A stretch of 36,167 bases of DNA, from NCBI GenBank assembly GCA_002633005.1, contig NMRA01000911.1, positions 1-36,167 of the forward strand, read 5' to 3'. The position numbers and the translations under genes were made by a program. Positions 34,950 through 36,167 of the stretch are shown here, one piece after another. The notes under the pieces were generated by a model, which was not told where the DNA came from, ran no database searches, and saw only the letters and a program-made list of their open reading frames with translations. The DNA is from Phoronis australis (taxonomy: Eukaryota > Animalia > Phoronida). How positions within the stretch are numbered: position 1 is the first letter of the stretch; each line of letters opens with the position of its first letter.

Positions 34950-35695
34950 TAATGATCGTGACGTCGGTGATTAATAATGATCAGTTTGGCGATTACAATA
35001 TTGATCGTGACGTCGGTGATTAATAATGATCAGTATGGCGATTACAATATTGGAGACGGTGTCGAGGATGGGCATTATTTTGATGATGAGTACAGCAATG
35101 AAGATGATGATGACCATGGTTTAGAAAATATACAGACGTTGAGGTTGGTCAATAGTGAAATATATCAAATTAACACAGGAAAATCAGGAACCCCGACTGG
35201 CAATCAAACCAATGGCCTCTACATTGCAGGTCTAGTGCTGACCCACTGAGGATCTGATATCTGTGCAATTACTGCTTGCAGCCAACTGCTATGTCATCCA
35301 TGACAATTAAGGTTCCCTATTTTTCTGTGTTTGTGTAATAAATGGCCATTATGAGGTGATGATGTTTTGGATGACGTCGACACTTATGTTGATGACGACG
35401 ATGATGGTGTTCATGATACAGATGGCGATGATACGTAATGGTGATGCTGATAGTGACGATCATGCTGACGATGACGGTCATGGTGACAATGACAGTCATG
35501 GTGACGATAGCGGTCATGGTAACGATGACTGTCATGGTGACGATGACGGTCCTGGTGACTACGCTGATAGTGAAGGTAGTAAGGTTGATGACGGTCATGG
35601 TGACTACGCTGATAGTGAAGGTAGTAAGGTTGATGCTGAAAAAGACGATGACCATGACGACGACGATCAGGATGAAAATGATGAAAATGATGGTT
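34950..35695. repeat. Intronic (GAT/GAC)n low-complexity tracts with embedded 49-bp and 45-bp duplications
   Basis: 49-bp unit at 34953 and 35002; degenerate GAT/GAC/GGT triplets 35355-35695 with gatgacggtc.tggtgactacgctgatagtgaaggtagtaaggtt twice; lies between two in-phase GLIPR2-like exons. Confidence 0.85.
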
Positions 35696-36034
35696 GTTGT
35701 TTTTACATCTGCTTTAAACCAAGAAATATAAAATTAAAACATAAGTTTACAACGTAAGTTTACAACGTAAATTAAAACACTTTGACAACGCTGTAAATTA
35801 ACTTCGTAACATGAAACGCTCATTTCAATGAGCTAAATATGCTTATTTTTTAAAAATGAATGTTCCGAACAGCCGTTTGCTGCCGACACTTTAAGAGCTT
35901 GCATCGATTTCTTTCTGCTGGTGATACAGTTCTCCCAGCTCTTAATGTCACACCACGGGCACTTTGTAGAGACGTCAAACCTTGCAACATGTCGAGACAG
36001 ATCGATTACGTGAATACTCTCCAACCCATTTCAG

Positions 36035-36112
36035 GCGATCAAGTGGCAGACCAATGGTACGAAGAGATCCATAAACATGACTTCAAGTCTAAGCCGAGAG
36101 GTTTGGGTTCAG
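36035..36112 (+). CDS. GLIPR2: Next exon of the GAPR-1/GLIPR2-like gene; gene continues beyond the window
   Basis: tttcag|GC GAT CAA...TCA G|gtaacg; phase 1/1; translates (G)DQVADQWYEEIHKHDFKSKPRGLGS(G), the WY.E segment that normally precedes HFTQVVW. Confidence 0.9.
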
Positions 36113-36167
36113 GTAACGAGACGTTTGCCATTTCGCACCAAACACGTTTTAATTTATATCTGAAAGT

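Noticed and set aside
35317-35757. Asp/His-rich and Thr/Val/Met-rich ORFs on both strands
   Set aside because: Products of a degenerate (GAT/GAC)n tract inside an intron whose flanking exons already join in phase.

Overview
AT-rich, intron-containing animal genomic DNA, probably from a marine invertebrate (inferred from gene structure, transposon types and recurrent TACATGTA). It is not prokaryotic, and I found no CRISPR array, rRNA or operon. Two spliced + strand genes can be rebuilt by hand. (1) An ankyrin-repeat + multi-transmembrane KAP-family P-loop NTPase, NKPD1-like in its NTPase and C-terminus, from four GT-AG exons: 18545-18640, 20522-20605, 21188-21398 and 27405-29557 (about 847 aa visible; the 5' end is not located). 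The ORF track shows only the last exon and misses the ankyrin and Walker A exons. (2) The 5' part of a GAPR-1/GLIPR2-like CAP-domain gene (34623-34854, 36035-36112), which runs off the window. The rest is mostly nested, decayed mobile DNA: a probable Sola3-type element (3346-8611), a Penelope-like RT+GIY-YIG relic carrying a tRNA-derived SINE, a Gypsy pol relic carrying a Harbinger-type MITE, and a 5-kb CMC/EnSpm-like element inside the KAP gene intron. There are also five copies of a CA..TG MITE with 5-bp TSDs and several tandem repeats. Single Ns at 4588, 5188 and 22399 mark assembly joins. Family assignments come from remembered motifs, not database searches.
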